Below, piece by piece: positions 1 through 11,480 of a stretch of 54,809 bases of DNA. The notes below the pieces were generated by a model. That model was not told where the DNA came from. It worked only from the letters and a program-made list of their open reading frames with translations, and did no database searches. Source of the DNA: an uncultured Victivallales bacterium (lineage in GTDB: Bacteria > Verrucomicrobiota > Kiritimatiellia > UBA8416 > JABMPJ01); the NCBI GenBank assembly GCA_964345005.1, contig CAYFPQ010000014.1:1-54809 (forward strand), read 5' to 3'. Position 1 is the stretch's first letter, and each line of letters starts with the position of its first letter. The translations under genes and the position numbers were made by a program.

Positions 1-226
1 ACAATAAACTCACGACCGCAGAAACCCAAGGGTGGCGGTTTGCTAAGACCTCTGGCGTTAACATCCGTTGTGGCTTGGCTCTTTAGTTCGGTGTTTAGAA
101 AATACATATTTGTAGTTGACAGGTATCCATATAATACAATATTGTTACATTATTGGGTATGAGGGGTGCATCCATGTCTTGTCGTAAGCACCTTGTAATA
201 TGTGACTTATAATAGAGATTACCTAT

Positions 227-241
227 TGGCACGCAGATTGC
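227..241 (+). promoter_or_regulatory. sigma-54 (RpoN) -24/-12 promoter candidate for glnN
   Basis: TGGCAC-gcaga-TTGC with exact GG-N10-GC spacing, 100 nt upstream of the glnN ATG. Lies at the edge of an AT-rich segment (~100-225) containing a perfect 10-bp palindrome ACAATATTGT at 136-145. Confidence 0.6.
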
Positions 242-340
242 GACAAGCCGCGGTAAGTCGAAGTGTCTACTGCTGCCTGTTCGGGCGCATACACGGCAGT
301 AGCGGGGGATAAGAGCTTCAAGACAAGGAGATGAGATACA

Positions 341-2398
341 ATGAGTGTGTTAGACTTCTATGGAGAGAACGTATTCAGCATCAAGACGATGCGCAGCTAT
401 TTGTCGGAGACGGCTTACGCGTCGCTGACAAAAACAATCTGCGAAGGCGCGACCCTCGATCCGTCAATCTCGGACGAGGTGGCGGATGCGATGAAGACTT
501 GGGCTTTGGAAAAGGGCGCAACTCACTATACGCATTGGTTCCAGCCGCTGACTGGCGCCACAGCCGAGAAACACGATTCGTTCGTGATGCCCGACCGTGA
601 GGGTGGGGCGATCTGTCAATTCTCGGGTAAGGAGCTGATCCAGGGCGAGCCGGATGCCTCCAGTTTTCCGTCGGGTGGCCTGCGCGCAACGTTCGAGGCT
701 CGCGGCTACACCGGTTGGGACCCCAGCAGTCCTGCCTTCATTAAGGAGACGGACAACGGAGCCACGCTCTGTATTCCGACGATCTTCTGTGGTTATCATG
801 GGGAAGCGCTCGACAAGAAAACGCCGCTCCTCCGTTCAATGGCCGTGCTCTCGACACAGGTTTGCCGTCTCGGCAAGCTCTTCGGTATCGAGGGCAACGG
901 TCGCGCGTACGCGACGCTCGGTTCCGAGCAGGAGTATTTCCTGATCGATAAGGATTTCTACCTGGATCGGTTGGACCTGATCCAGACTGGCCGCACGCTT
1001 TTCGGGCGTGAGCCGGCCAAGCATCAGCAGATGGATGACCACTACTTCGGCGCCATCAAACGTCGCGTGATCGAGTACATGACCGATGTCGACTCGGAGC
1101 TGTGGCGCCTGGGGGTCCCGGCCCGCACCCGCCATAACGAGGTGTCGCCGGCTCAGTTCGAGCTCGCCCCGATGTTCGAGGAACTGAACCTGGCGGTCGA
1201 CCACAACATGATTATGATGGAAGTGCTTCGTGACGTGGCCGATCGGCATGGTTTTGCCTGCCTGCTGCACGAGAAGCCGTTTGCCGGCGTTAACGGTTCC
1301 GGTAAGCACAACAACTGGGCGGTTGCCGGTCCGGATGGTAAGAACTGGCTGACCCCGGGCGACAACCCGCACGAGAACGCCAAGTTCCTCACCATGATCT
1401 GCGCGTTGATCAAGGCGGTGGATGAAAACGCGGACCTGCTACGTTCGGCCGTACAGGGCGCGGGCAACGACCACCGTCTGGGCGCCAACGAGGCCCCGCC
1501 GGCGATCATATCGATCTTCCTGGGCGAACAGCTTGCAGACGTGATCGACCAGATCGAGGCCGGTGGAGCGAAGAGCTCGAAAAATGGCGGCAAGATCGAG
1601 ATCGGCGTCAGCCATCTGCCGGATCTGCCGCGTGACGCGACGGACCGTAACCGTACGTCTCCGTTTGCCTTCACAGGCAACAAGTTTGAGTTCCGCGCCG
1701 TGGGATCGAGCCAGAGTTGTGCAGGCGCCAACATCGTGATGAACACGATCGTGGCCGACGCACTCGATTTCATTTGTGAGAAGTTGGAGGCCGGCGACGG
1801 TGACTTCAACGAATTGCTCCAGGGCGTGCTCGCCGACATCATCAAGACGCATAAGCGCGTGCTCTTCAACGGGGATAACTACACCGAGGAGTGGCATACC
1901 GAAGCCGAGAAGCGTGGGCTGCCCAACCTGCGCAACACGCCGGCCGCACTCGAAGTGATGAAGAGTGAGAAAGCCGTCAAGTTGTTCGAGAAGCACGGCG
2001 TTCTGAGTGCTCGCGAGCTCGAGTCGCGCTACGAGGTCTACCATGAGACCTACGAAACGATGATCGGTATCGAGGCGAGTTGTGCCCTGACGATCGCAAA
2101 GACCATGATCGCGCCGGCCGCGCTTGGCTACCAGGCTGAGCTTGCCGAGACGGTCGAGAAGGTTACCGCAGCCGGGGCGTCTGCCGAGGCGGCGAAGAGC
2201 ACGCTGACAGCCGTATGCGCCGAAACCGATAAGCTCTGCAAGAGCATCGCAGAACTTGAAGCCGTGGAGGAAGATGCCGCGAAGGCGATCACTGTCATGG
2301 GTGATCTACGTGCCGCGGCGGATGAACTGGAAGGCTTGGTGCCGTACGACGCATGGCCGCTGCCTTCCTACGCGGAAATGCTGTTTGTGCTTCAGTAG
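341..2398 (+). CDS. glnN: glutamine synthetase type III
   Basis: 685-aa ORF. N-terminus FYGENVF...[12 protein letters not shown]...AEKHDSF and the NGSGKHNNW motif are typical of GSIII. Length fits (~700 aa). Confidence 0.93.
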   Translation: MSVLDFYGENVFSIKTMRSYLSETAYASLTKTICEGATLDPSISDEVADAMKTWALEKGATHYTHWFQPLTGATAEKHDSFVMPDREGGAICQFSGKELIQGEPDASSFPSGGLRATFEARGYTGWDPSSPAFIKETDNGATLCIPTIFCGYHGEALDKKTPLLRSMAVLSTQVCRLGKLFGIEGNGRAYATLGSEQEYFLIDKDFYLDRLDLIQTGRTLFGREPAKHQQMDDHYFGAIKRRVIEYMTDVDSELWRLGVPARTRHNEVSPAQFELAPMFEELNLAVDHNMIMMEVLRDVADRHGFACLLHEKPFAGVNGSGKHNNWAVAGPDGKNWLTPGDNPHENAKFLTMICALIKAVDENADLLRSAVQGAGNDHRLGANEAPPAIISIFLGEQLADVIDQIEAGGAKSSKNGGKIEIGVSHLPDLPRDATDRNRTSPFAFTGNKFEFRAVGSSQSCAGANIVMNTIVADALDFICEKLEAGDGDFNELLQGVLADIIKTHKRVLFNGDNYTEEWHTEAEKRGLPNLRNTPAALEVMKSEKAVKLFEKHGVLSARELESRYEVYHETYETMIGIEASCALTIAKTMIAPAALGYQAELAETVEKVTAAGASAEAAKSTLTAVCAETDKLCKSIAELEAVEEDAAKAITVMGDLRAAADELEGLVPYDAWPLPSYAEMLFVLQ

Positions 2399-2429
2399 AA
2401 GCCTGACAAAAAAGGGGTTTAAACCGCGT

Positions 2430-2463
2430 AGGACCCGCCGCCCGTAATAGGGCGGCGGGTCCT
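2430..2463 (+). terminator. perfect 14-bp GC-rich hairpin after glnN (no clear U-tract)
   Basis: AGGACCCGCCGCCC-gtaata-GGGCGGCGGGTCCT, 32 nt after the glnN stop. Confidence 0.5.
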
Positions 2464-2495
2464 GCCGTCGAAACAACAGGCGGGGGTCTGGAAAG

Positions 2496-5400
2496 ATGGA
2501 TGAGGAAAGTGGCCAGGTACACCAGAGGTGGGGACGATTCGCGAGTCCACAGGGACTCTACTCTCCGGAATACGAACACGACGCCTGTGGTGTAGGTTTT
2601 CTTGCCAACGTGAACGGTGAGCCTTCCCACGCGATCATCGAGCGTGGCATTGAGGTGCTCAAGAATCTCCTTCATCGCGGGGCAACAGGAGCCGACACCA
2701 ACACGGGCGATGGTGCGGGCCTACTCTTTCAGGTTCCGGACAAGTTCTTCCGCCGCATCGCGCCGGAGTTCATGAAGAATTTGCCGCCTGTCGGGGCCTA
2801 CGGTGTTGGCATGTTCTTCCTCCCGCGCAACGACAAGGCGCGCGTAGCCTGCTGCCGCATCGTCGAAGCGGTCGTTGAAGAGGAGGGCCTCAGCTTCCTG
2901 GCGTGGCGTGATGTGCCGGTGGATAGCAGTGTGCTGGGCGAACAGGCACGGCAGGAAGAGCCAGCCGTCATGCAGTGCTTCATCGGGAGCGGTGATCTTT
3001 CCGGCGAGGTGCTTGAGCGCAAGCTCTACGTGGTTCGCCGCGTGATCGAAAAACGCGTCGCCGAGACGCATCCTGACGAAACGGCATTCTATATCCCGAG
3101 CTTCTCCTGTCGCACCATCGTTTACAAGGGTTTGATGATGGCAACACAGGTGCCGGGCTATTTTCTGGACCTGGCCGACAAGGACCTCGAATCGGCGGTG
3201 GCGGTCGTGCACCAGCGCTACAGCACAAACACATTTCCGTCGTGGCCGCTGGCGCAGCCGTTCCGGACGCTGGCACATAACGGCGAAATCAATACGCTGC
3301 GCGGCAATCTCAACGGCATGCGCTCGCGCGAGCGCAACATGACGTCCGAGGCATTTGGGGACGATATCAAGAAGTTGATTCCGGTTATTCAGCCCGGCGG
3401 GAGCGACTCTGCCGCGCTCGACAACACGCTCGAGCTGCTTTCGCAGGCGGGCCGATCGATCGATCACTCGGTCCTGATGCTTGTACCCCAGGCGTGGGGC
3501 GCGAAGTACCCGATGGGACCGAACATGCGCGGGTTTTTCGAGTATCACGCTGGTGTGATGGAGCCGTGGGATGGTCCTGCTGCCCTGGCGTTCACGGATG
3601 GCCGTTTCGTTGGTGCGCTGCTGGACCGCAATGGGCTGCGTCCCGCGCGCTACACGCTGACCACGGATGGATTCATCGTATTCGCCTCCGAGGCGGGCGT
3701 GCTCGACATTCCTGCCTCCGAGATCAAGGAGCGCGGTGCGCTCCGGCCCGGTCGAATGATCATGATCGACCTCGAACGCGGCCAGATCATGAAGGATGCG
3801 GAAATCAAGACCCAGTTGGCGCGGCGTCAACCGTATCGCCGCTGGGTGGAAGAAAACCACATCCTGATCCACGGCTTCTTCAATGCGATGAATGCCATCG
3901 AGCCGGAGCGCGAGACGCTCCTGCAGCGCGAGCGCCGTTTCGGCTACACGCGCGAAGACCGTAGCGTCATCATCGGCCCCATGGCGGAGAAGGGCAAGGA
4001 ACCGGTCGGATCGATGGGTTCCGATCAGCCACTCGCCGTACTGTCGGAGAAACCGCAGCTTCTCTACTGGTACTTCAAACAGATGTTCGCCCAGATCACC
4101 AATCCGGCAATCGACTCGATCCGTGAAGAGCTGGTGATGTCGCTGACGACGTTCATGGGAACGACCGAACAGATTCTGACCGAAACGCCGCGGCATGCCC
4201 GGCTCGTTAAGTTGCGCCATCCGATCCTCTCGGACGAAGATCTGTCCCGGATCCGGTCGCTGAATATCCCCGACTTCGACACGATGACGATCCCTATGGC
4301 GTTTGCCGCAGGCGGTAGTGGCAGCGACCTCGAAGCGGCACTGGCGCATATGTGTGAGCGCGCCGAGAAAGCCATTCTCAGCAACGGCGTTCGTTTCATC
4401 GTGCTGAGCGACCGTGATCTGCCGGAAGAGATGATCCCCATCCCTGCGCTGCTTGCCGTGTCGGCGGTGAACCAGCACTTGGTGCAGATTGGTGCGCGCA
4501 CGAGCACAAGCCTGATTCTTGAGACGGGCGAAGCCCGCGAAGTGATGCACATGGCCGTGCTACTCGGGTACGGCGCGTCGGCGATCAACCCCTATCTGGC
4601 GCTCGAAATCGTGGCGGACCTGGCCTTGCAGGACGAGTTGGAGAAAACCATCCCGGTTCCCAAGGCGATGGAGAACTACGTCCATGCCATCTGCACGGGG
4701 CTGCTCAAAGTCATGTCGAAGATGGGTATCTCGACCCTCCGCAGCTATCGTAGCGCCCAGGTGTTCGAGGCAGTGGGGCTCAATTCACGAGTCGTGAACA
4801 AGTACTTCCCCGGCACCGCATCGCGTATCGAGGGCATAGGGCTCGACGAAATAGCCAAGGAGGCCCATGCGCGTCACACGGCGGCCTACCCGGAAGCCAT
4901 CTATGACAACAGGCTCTTGCCTGCCGGTGGGATGTACAAGTTCCGCAATGGCGGTGAGCGTCATCTCTGGTCGCCGGATGCCATTTCGTTGCTGCAGCGC
5001 GCGACGGGCGAAGAGAACTACGACTATTTCAAGGAGTACTCCCGCCTCATCAATGACCAGGAACAGGCGCAAATCACATTGCGTGGTCTCCTGAAGTTCA
5101 AGCCAGGGAACCCGATCCCGCTTGAGGAGGTGGAGCCGGCCTCCGAGATTATGAAACGGTTTGTGACCGGCGCCATGTCGTTCGGATCCATCAGTCGCGA
5201 GGCCCACGAGACGCTGGCCATTGCCATGAACCGGATCGGGGGAAAGAGTAACAGCGGTGAGGGGGGCGAAGACCCCGCGCGCTATGAGCCGCTCCCCAAC
5301 GGTGACAGTCGCAGCAGTGCGGTTAAGCAGATCGCAAGCGGGCGATTCGGCGTGACGGCTAACTATCTCGCCAACGCACAGGAGTTGCAGATCAAGATTG

Positions 5401-7061
5401 CCCAGGGCGCCAAGCCCGGCGAGGGCGGACAGCTTCCGGGACACAAGGTCAACGCGGAGATCGCGCGGACCCGCCATTCGACACCCGGTGTGACACTCAT
5501 CTCGCCACCGCCGCACCATGACATTTACTCGATCGAGGACATCGCCCAGCTCATCTACGACCTGAAATGCAGTAACCTTGACTCACGGGTGTCGGTGAAG
5601 CTGGTGTCTGAGGTGGGTGTCGGGACGATTGCCGCCGGTGTGGCGAAAGCGCACGCGGACATGATTCTGATCAGCGGCTACGACGGTGGGACCGGCGCCT
5701 CGCCGCTTTCTTCCATCAAGCATGCCGGCATGCCGTGGGAGCTGGGCCTCGCCGAGACGCAGCAGACCCTCGTGCTGAACGGACTGCGCAGTCGCGTGAG
5801 GCTGCAAACCGACGGTCAGATGCGTACCGGTCGCGACATAGTCATCGCCGCTATGCTCGGTGCCGAGGAATACGGCTTTGCCACGAGTTCGCTGGTGGTA
5901 TGCGGCTGCATCATGATGCGCAAGTGCCATAGTAACACCTGCCCCGTCGGCGTCGCCACACAGGACCCCGAGCTGCGCAAGCTTTACACGGGCAAACCGG
6001 AACACGTCGTAACGTACATGCGCATGCTGGCCGAGTCGGCCCGCGAGACCATGGCCGAGCTCGGGTTCCGCTCGATTGACGAGATGATCGGGCGTTCGGA
6101 CTGTCTCGAGATGAACCACGCCATAGATTTCTGGAAGGCGCGTGGCGTCGATTACTCGCGTATCCTGCACCAGCCCGAGGCCGAGCGTCGCGAAATGCTC
6201 TGCACGATCAAGCAGGATCATGGTGTAGAAGGGGCGCTCGATATGGAGCTGCTGCCGCGGCTTAAGGGCGCGCTGGAAGACAAGATGCCGGCTCACATCA
6301 AGCTGCCCATCCGTAATGTCAACCGTACGGTTGGCACCATCATTTCCGGTAAAATTGCGAAACGCTATGGTGACGACGGGCTACCGGACGACACGATTAC
6401 GCTCGAATTCAAGGGCGCAGCCGGGCAGAGCTTCGGGGCTTTCTGCTCGAAGGGCATGACGCTGATCATGGAGGGCGAGGCCAATGACTATCTCGGCAAA
6501 GGACTCTCAGGCGCGCGAATCATCGTGAAACCCTCTCCCGACGCCACGTTCGAGCCATCGGAGAATATCATTGCCGGGAACGTGCTGCTCTACGGGGCCA
6601 CAGGCGGTGAGGTCTACATCAACGGTCAGGCCGGTGAACGATTCTGCATCCGTAACAGTGGCGCCTATGCTGTGGTCGAAGGGGTGGGGGACCATGCCTG
6701 CGAGTACATGACCGGGGGGCGGGTAGTGATTCTCGGGCCCACCGGCGTCAACTTCGGCGCCGGTATGAGCGGCGGCATCGCTTATGTGCTCGATGAAGAC
6801 GGTATGTTCGACAACAACTGTAACCTCGAGATGATCGACCTTGAGCGGGTCGATTCCGACGAGGATCTCGCCGAACTGAAGGGCATGATCGAAAACCATG
6901 TTTCATATACCGGCAGCACGCTCGGGACGAAGATCCTCGACGGATGGGACCACTACAAGCGCCAGTTCGTAAAGGTCTTCCCGATGGAATACCGGCGTGT
7001 GCTGGGCCAGATGAGCCAGGACGATGAAGCCACCGAACGCGAAGAAAAGGTATTTATGTGA
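2496..7061 (+). CDS. gltB: glutamate synthase large subunit
   Basis: 1521 aa. Ntn-amidotransferase Cys in CGVGFLAN after a short propeptide. FMN/FeS region with GEGGEDP and [20 protein letters not shown]-terminal GXGXG beta-helix domain. Confidence 0.95.
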   Translation: MDEESGQVHQRWGRFASPQGLYSPEYEHDACGVGFLANVNGEPSHAIIERGIEVLKNLLHRGATGADTNTGDGAGLLFQVPDKFFRRIAPEFMKNLPPVGAYGVGMFFLPRNDKARVACCRIVEAVVEEEGLSFLAWRDVPVDSSVLGEQARQEEPAVMQCFIGSGDLSGEVLERKLYVVRRVIEKRVAETHPDETAFYIPSFSCRTIVYKGLMMATQVPGYFLDLADKDLESAVAVVHQRYSTNTFPSWPLAQPFRTLAHNGEINTLRGNLNGMRSRERNMTSEAFGDDIKKLIPVIQPGGSDSAALDNTLELLSQAGRSIDHSVLMLVPQAWGAKYPMGPNMRGFFEYHAGVMEPWDGPAALAFTDGRFVGALLDRNGLRPARYTLTTDGFIVFASEAGVLDIPASEIKERGALRPGRMIMIDLERGQIMKDAEIKTQLARRQPYRRWVEENHILIHGFFNAMNAIEPERETLLQRERRFGYTREDRSVIIGPMAEKGKEPVGSMGSDQPLAVLSEKPQLLYWYFKQMFAQITNPAIDSIREELVMSLTTFMGTTEQILTETPRHARLVKLRHPILSDEDLSRIRSLNIPDFDTMTIPMAFAAGGSGSDLEAALAHMCERAEKAILSNGVRFIVLSDRDLPEEMIPIPALLAVSAVNQHLVQIGARTSTSLILETGEAREVMHMAVLLGYGASAINPYLALEIVADLALQDELEKTIPVPKAMENYVHAICTGLLKVMSKMGISTLRSYRSAQVFEAVGLNSRVVNKYFPGTASRIEGIGLDEIAKEAHARHTAAYPEAIYDNRLLPAGGMYKFRNGGERHLWSPDAISLLQRATGEENYDYFKEYSRLINDQEQAQITLRGLLKFKPGNPIPLEEVEPASEIMKRFVTGAMSFGSISREAHETLAIAMNRIGGKSNSGEGGEDPARYEPLPNGDSRSSAVKQIASGRFGVTANYLANAQELQIKIAQGAKPGEGGQLPGHKVNAEIARTRHSTPGVTLISPPPHHDIYSIEDIAQLIYDLKCSNLDSRVSVKLVSEVGVGTIAAGVAKAHADMILISGYDGGTGASPLSSIKHAGMPWELGLAETQQTLVLNGLRSRVRLQTDGQMRTGRDIVIAAMLGAEEYGFATSSLVVCGCIMMRKCHSNTCPVGVATQDPELRKLYTGKPEHVVTYMRMLAESARETMAELGFRSIDEMIGRSDCLEMNHAIDFWKARGVDYSRILHQPEAERREMLCTIKQDHGVEGALDMELLPRLKGALEDKMPAHIKLPIRNVNRTVGTIISGKIAKRYGDDGLPDDTITLEFKGAAGQSFGAFCSKGMTLIMEGEANDYLGKGLSGARIIVKPSPDATFEPSENIIAGNVLLYGATGGEVYINGQAGERFCIRNSGAYAVVEGVGDHACEYMTGGRVVILGPTGVNFGAGMSGGIAYVLDEDGMFDNNCNLEMIDLERVDSDEDLAELKGMIENHVSYTGSTLGTKILDGWDHYKRQFVKVFPMEYRRVLGQMSQDDEATEREEKVFM

Positions 7062-8491
7062 TGGGCAAGGAACGCGGATTCATGGAGATAGAAAGGCGTG
7101 ATCCCGGGTATCGGCCTGTGGAAGAGCGCGTTAAGGACTATCGGGCGGTGGAGCGGCAGCTCAGCCGCACGCAGCTTGTCGAGCAGGCCACGCGGTGCAT
7201 GGACTGCGGTATCCCGTTCTGCTGCAGCACCGGCTGCCCCCTCGCGAACGTGATTCCCGAGTTCAACGACCTGGTTTACCGGGAGCGCTGGCAGGATGCA
7301 CTGGACATGCTCCTGTTGACGAATCCCTTTCCGGAGTTCACCGGACGGATCTGTCCCGCTCCCTGTGAGACGTCGTGTACATTGGCCATCAACAAGGAGG
7401 CGGTTGCGATCCGGCAGATCGAAGTGTCGATTGTGGAGAACGCATTTCGGCGCGGACTGCTGAAAGCGGCGCCGCCATCGCGCCACTACGATGCGCGTAT
7501 TGCCGTAGTCGGTTCTGGTCCGGCCGGCCTGGCCGCGGCGGACGTGCTCAACCGACAGGGCTACAACGTCGTCGTCTTCGAGAAGAACCAGTACCCGGGC
7601 GGTCTGCTTCGCTACGGTATTCCCGACTTCAAACTGGAAAAGTGGGTTGTCGAACGCCGCATCGATTTGATGACAGAAGAAGGCGTGGTCTTCGAAACGG
7701 GTGTGGACGTTGGCCTTGACCTCTCGTCGAAGTACCTGCTCGACCGGTTCGATGCTGTCGTCCTGGCCGCGGGAGCCGAAAAGCCGCGCGATCTGCCAAT
7801 TCCAGGGCGTGACCTGGGAGGGATTCACTTTGCCATGGACTTCCTGGTGCAGCAGAACCGGCGCATCAGCGGCGAGGAGATCAAGAACGATGATATCACG
7901 GCCCGCGACAAGCATGTCGTGGTGATCGGCGGCGGTGACACCGGCTCCGACTGTGTCGGCACGTCTAATCGTCAGGGCGCGGTAAGCGTAACGCAGCTCG
8001 AGATTCTGCCGGAGCCGCCGTCAGATCGGCCGACTGAAACACCTTGGCCGCTCTGGCCGGCCAGTCGGCGCGACTCCAGCAGCCACAAGGAAGGCTGCGA
8101 GCGGCGCTGGGCGGTGCAGACCGAGGAGTTCGTGGGTACCCAGGGTCGCGTGAGCAAGTTGAAATGTTGCGAGGTGGAATGGGAAACGGCCGCGGATGGC
8201 GGCCGTCCCGCACCCCGGAAGGTGAAGGGCTCCGACTTCCTCCTGCGCGCCGACCTCGTGCTGTTCTCCATGGGCTTTACCGGGCCCGCCACGAGCAAAC
8301 TCATCGACGACATGGAGTTGAAACTCGATCCGCGCAGCAACGTTCAGCGTGATGGCGATCACAAGACCAGCCATGCTGGCGTTTTTGTTGCTGGCGACAT
8401 GACTCACGGCGCCAGCCTGGTCGTCAGTGCCATCAATGACGGTTTTCAGACTGCGAAAAGTGTCATGGAATGGTTCAAGACGCGCGCTTGA
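7058..8491 (+). CDS. gltD: glutamate synthase small subunit (NADPH)
   Basis: 477 aa. 4-nt overlap with glt[10 protein letters not shown] and CPAPCETSC FeS motifs, [14 protein letters not shown] and [13 protein letters not shown] dinucleotide folds. Confidence 0.95.
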   Translation: MMGKERGFMEIERRDPGYRPVEERVKDYRAVERQLSRTQLVEQATRCMDCGIPFCCSTGCPLANVIPEFNDLVYRERWQDALDMLLLTNPFPEFTGRICPAPCETSCTLAINKEAVAIRQIEVSIVENAFRRGLLKAAPPSRHYDARIAVVGSGPAGLAAADVLNRQGYNVVVFEKNQYPGGLLRYGIPDFKLEKWVVERRIDLMTEEGVVFETGVDVGLDLSSKYLLDRFDAVVLAAGAEKPRDLPIPGRDLGGIHFAMDFLVQQNRRISGEEIKNDDITARDKHVVVIGGGDTGSDCVGTSNRQGAVSVTQLEILPEPPSDRPTETPWPLWPASRRDSSSHKEGCERRWAVQTEEFVGTQGRVSKLKCCEVEWETAADGGRPAPRKVKGSDFLLRADLVLFSMGFTGPATSKLIDDMELKLDPRSNVQRDGDHKTSHAGVFVAGDMTHGASLVVSAINDGFQTAKSVMEWFKTRA

Positions 8492-8536
8492 CTTAGACGC
8501 CAATCCACGTACACTTCGCGAGTCCTTTTTCAATGG

Positions 8537-8612
8537 GCCAACGTAGCTCAGTTGGTAGAGCAGCTCACTCGTAATGAGCAGGTCGTCGGTTCGATCCCGA
8601 CCGTTGGCTCCA
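8537..8612 (+). tRNA. tRNA-Thr (anticodon CGU), CCA encoded
   Basis: Hand-folded cloverleaf. Acceptor GCCAACG/CGTTGGC, D arm GCTC-AGTTGGTA-GAGC, anticodon arm GCTCA-CTCGTAA-TGAGC, T arm GTCGG-TTCGATC-CCGAC, discriminator T then CCA. Confidence 0.9.
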
Positions 8613-9222
8613 ATGAAGCCCTTCAATCAGCACTGACGCGTTGGAGAAACCGGATAACTTCGTCAACCGTGCGCAGTTTGGACTGATTCACATAGTGTTG
8701 CCGGTCTAAGTTGTCGACGAAGTGTCATCTCCTCTCAGTTCTCACCCAGAGCCTTATACTTCTGATCAGGTTGGGTTATCCGGGTAGAGGTAGTTGACGT
8801 GACCGGCAGCCATGAGGCGACGGAGGCTCCGCTGGCGCAGGTGCTCCATTTTTCGGCCCGCGAGAACCTGTAGCTCCGGCCACTATTGGCGCAGAACTTG
8901 TATCACGGAATCCTGTTGGTAGGATCCCGAACGTTTGCTCAGAGCGCCAATTCTGACGGCGAGTGCCGGTGGCAGCTTCTCGCTCAAGGCCTTCTGCTGC
9001 TCACTTATGCCTTTGTGTCTTGCGGACGATTCCGCACGGATGAAGTCATAACAGGCACGGTGCATGGCAGTTCTTTCCCGGTTTCTGTCAGAAGGCGCCT
9101 GCAAAGCAAGTGTGCATCCGTTTTACATATGCAGACGAACGTGTAAAAGAATTGCAATTTTCTTTACATGTTCAGGCGCAAGAGTAGAGTTTCTCTCAGT
9201 TTTCTACATGTAGAGGCAGATC

Positions 9223-10308
9223 ATGATACTCAGTCCGTTACCGCCTGAAGTCGACTTGGAGACCCGGCCGATTCTGAGACGGTTGGCGATTGCGCACCGC
9301 CATCTTGCCGAGCTCAAAGGAGCGGCGTCGACCATTCCGAACGAGTCGATACTCATCAACACGCTCGGCTTACAGGAAGCTCGGGCCAGCTCCGAGATCG
9401 AGAATGTTGTCACAACGCACGACGAACTGTTCAAAGCGCAGCTTGGAGAGGAGTCCTCAGATCCTTCCGCAAAAGAGGTGGCTCGGTACGCGCAGGCCCT
9501 GCAGGAAGGCTTCAACCATCTGCGTCAAGGAGGCGTGCTGTCGACCTCTTTGATTCTGAGAATACAGGAGATTCTTGAGGAAAGCTCAGCGGGCTTCCGG
9601 AGACTTCCAGGGACGGCCCTCAGAAACTCAGCGACGGGCGAGGTCGTGTACACGCCTCCACAGAGTCTTGCAGAGATTGAGCCGCTAATGTCTGACTTGG
9701 AGAAGTTCATCAACGACGATTTACTCTGTAGCCTTGATCCGCTCATCAAGCTGGCGCTGATACACCTTCAGTTCGAGAGCATCCATCCCTTCTACGATGG
9801 GAATGGTCGAACGGGGCGAATTCTGAACGTTCTATACTTGGTGGAGCAGCGCTTGCTTGATCTTCCTATTCTCTACATGAGCCGGTATATCGTGCAGAAC
9901 AAGAACCAGTACTATGACTTGCTCCAGTTGGTTCGAGACGAAGAAAGATGGGAGGAGTGGGTGCTCTATATGCTGGAGGCCATCGCGGTCACCTCCATGC
10001 ATACTCTAAGCATTATTGAAGGGATCAGAGAGCTGATGATGAGCGTGAAGCATCGCATGCGTAGCGAGCTCCCGAAGATCTATAGCCAGGATCTGCTCAA
10101 CAACCTCTTCAGGCATCCCTACACTCGAATCGCCTACGTCCAGGAAGACCTTGGTGTTTCCCGACCGACAGCAACGACCTACCTTGACTCCCTTGCTGAG
10201 AAAGGGTTCGTCAGCAAGCACCGGGCGGGGCGAAGTAACTACTACATCAATCTGCCATTGGTGGACTGCCTGACGAATATCCCCGATATGCCAGCGATAC
10301 CCCAGTAG
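9223..10308 (+). CDS. Fic family protein (class II, N-terminal inhibitory motif)
   Basis: 361 aa. Fic core HPFYDGNGRTGR. Upstream SSEIEN fits the (S/T)xxxE(G/N) auto-inhibitory helix. C-terminal wHTH-like tail. Confidence 0.9.
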   Translation: MILSPLPPEVDLETRPILRRLAIAHRHLAELKGAASTIPNESILINTLGLQEARASSEIENVVTTHDELFKAQLGEESSDPSAKEVARYAQALQEGFNHLRQGGVLSTSLILRIQEILEESSAGFRRLPGTALRNSATGEVVYTPPQSLAEIEPLMSDLEKFINDDLLCSLDPLIKLALIHLQFESIHPFYDGNGRTGRILNVLYLVEQRLLDLPILYMSRYIVQNKNQYYDLLQLVRDEERWEEWVLYMLEAIAVTSMHTLSIIEGIRELMMSVKHRMRSELPKIYSQDLLNNLFRHPYTRIAYVQEDLGVSRPTATTYLDSLAEKGFVSKHRAGRSNYYINLPLVDCLTNIPDMPAIPQ

Positions 10309-10513
10309 TGGTCCCCCCCGCGCCAGCTTCTTTGGCTTGCCAGCCCGAATAATGTCCCCGCCAGTGTCCCGAGTTCGCTCCCGGGCGGCGCAGGTGACAG
10401 CAGTTGAGTTGCCTCTGCAAGTGTGCCCGCTACTGTGCCCGTCCTGTGTTCTCATAGTGTCCTACGTGTAAAGATTTGCTGCTGAATACCGTGATTATTG
10501 GCTTTCCTATTCC

Positions 10514-10560
10514 CTCGTAATGAGCAGGTCGTCGGTTCGATCCCGACCGTTGGCTCCAAT
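10514..10560 (+). repeat. att-like direct repeat: copy of tRNA-Thr 3' half
   Basis: 47/47 identical by eye to 8568-8614 (anticodon loop to CCA plus 2 nt). Confidence 0.85.
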
Positions 10561-10691
10561 TCTATAGTGTTTACGCTACACGCCTTACGCCGACGATGCT
10601 CGGAAGTGCCTGTGTTTCCATACCGCCGGTTTTGCACGGTGTCCACCACTGTTGCCACCAGTAACAAGCAGCTCACTGGAAATGAGAAGGT

Positions 10692-11480
10692 CTACAGCTT
10701 CTCAATCAGTTCCTCGCGAACGAGCTGGGCGGCGGTCTCGATATTGTAGTCGAGGTCCGCGGACACGAGCGGCTGAACATCACCGACAAAGCTGGGATTA
10801 GCCAGCTTTGCATCCAGGTTCGCCTGGTACTCGGTCTGTGATACGGAGTGTTCCTCGTGCTTCATGTACTGACGGAAGATATCGACGATGGACGCTGGCT
10901 CTCCCAGTCCTTCCGCCAAACCAAGCCAGAGATCGAATAGGTCTCGGCCCTTGCGCCGTTGATAGAGCGCACGCATCTTCGTACCCATGATTTCGGCTCG
11001 AGAGTAGGTTGTGACCTCGCATTCGGCCTCATGCCAACGGCAGGATACGGAGTAGGGCAAGTTCTGGAATCCTTGGACGGCGAAGTGCTCGCGTGTGTTG
11101 ATCTCGACCTTCAGACGTAAATTCCGTTCAGGATCGCTTTCGGCCGGTACACGGTATGTCAGGGCTGCGACGCCCGGCCCCATGTCGCGGGACGGTTTTC
11201 CCAGCCATGGGCCGAGCACCTCGCGGAGGGCATCGAAGATTGGCCCGATCGGCCCCGCACTGACCTGAACCAGATCGATGTCCTCGGAGTAGCGCCGTGG
11301 TGCTCCCAGGAAGAGCTTGTGCAGCGCAGTACCACCCCGGAATGCCAGCTTCGTCTCCAGCTCTGCATGTGAGAAGATGTCAACAATCGCCCGCGAGATA
11401 AGTAGATCCTGCTCGACCATATCCATGGTCTTCCACGGAACATGGTTTCGCCATTCAATGAGGTACGCGTTTGGTATCAT
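10692..11480 (-). CDS. nucleotidyltransferase AbiEii/AbiGii-family toxin
   Basis: 262 aa. FRGGTALHKLFL...RYSEDIDLV NTase signature. 4-nt overlap with the upstream AbiEi-like gene. Confidence 0.85.
   Translation of the reverse strand: MIPNAYLIEWRNHVPWKTMDMVEQDLLISRAIVDIFSHAELETKLAFRGGTALHKLFLGAPRRYSEDIDLVQVSAGPIGPIFDALREVLGPWLGKPSRDMGPGVAALTYRVPAESDPERNLRLKVEINTREHFAVQGFQNLPYSVSCRWHEAECEVTTYSRAEIMGTKMRALYQRRKGRDLFDLWLGLAEGLGEPASIVDIFRQYMKHEEHSVSQTEYQANLDAKLANPSFVGDVQPLVSADLDYNIETAAQLVREELIEKL

Noticed and set aside
2721-4550. 609-aa antisense ORF inside gltB. Similar long antisense ORFs occur at 6953-7915 (in gltD), 19984-20814 (in the AGCS gene) and 39466-40632 (in the flavoprotein gene).
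   Set aside because: They lie opposite genes with unambiguous, motif-rich products. Their Arg/His/Gly-rich low-complexity translations are typical of stop-poor antisense frames in high-GC DNA. No recognisable motifs.
8021-8626. 201-aa minus-strand ORF spanning the gltD 3' end and the tRNA-Thr gene.
   Set aside because: It is antisense to gltD and reads through the tRNA. This is an artefact of open frames.
8613-9222. Search for an integrase, excisionase or small regulator next to the tRNA (ORFs 8883-9104 minus and 8886-9146 plus).
   Set aside because: Neither translation shows recombinase motifs (no R..HxxR..Y pattern) or an HTH that I can recognise. The two ORFs overlap antisense to each other, so I cannot support calling either. 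A relic too degraded to see by eye remains possible.
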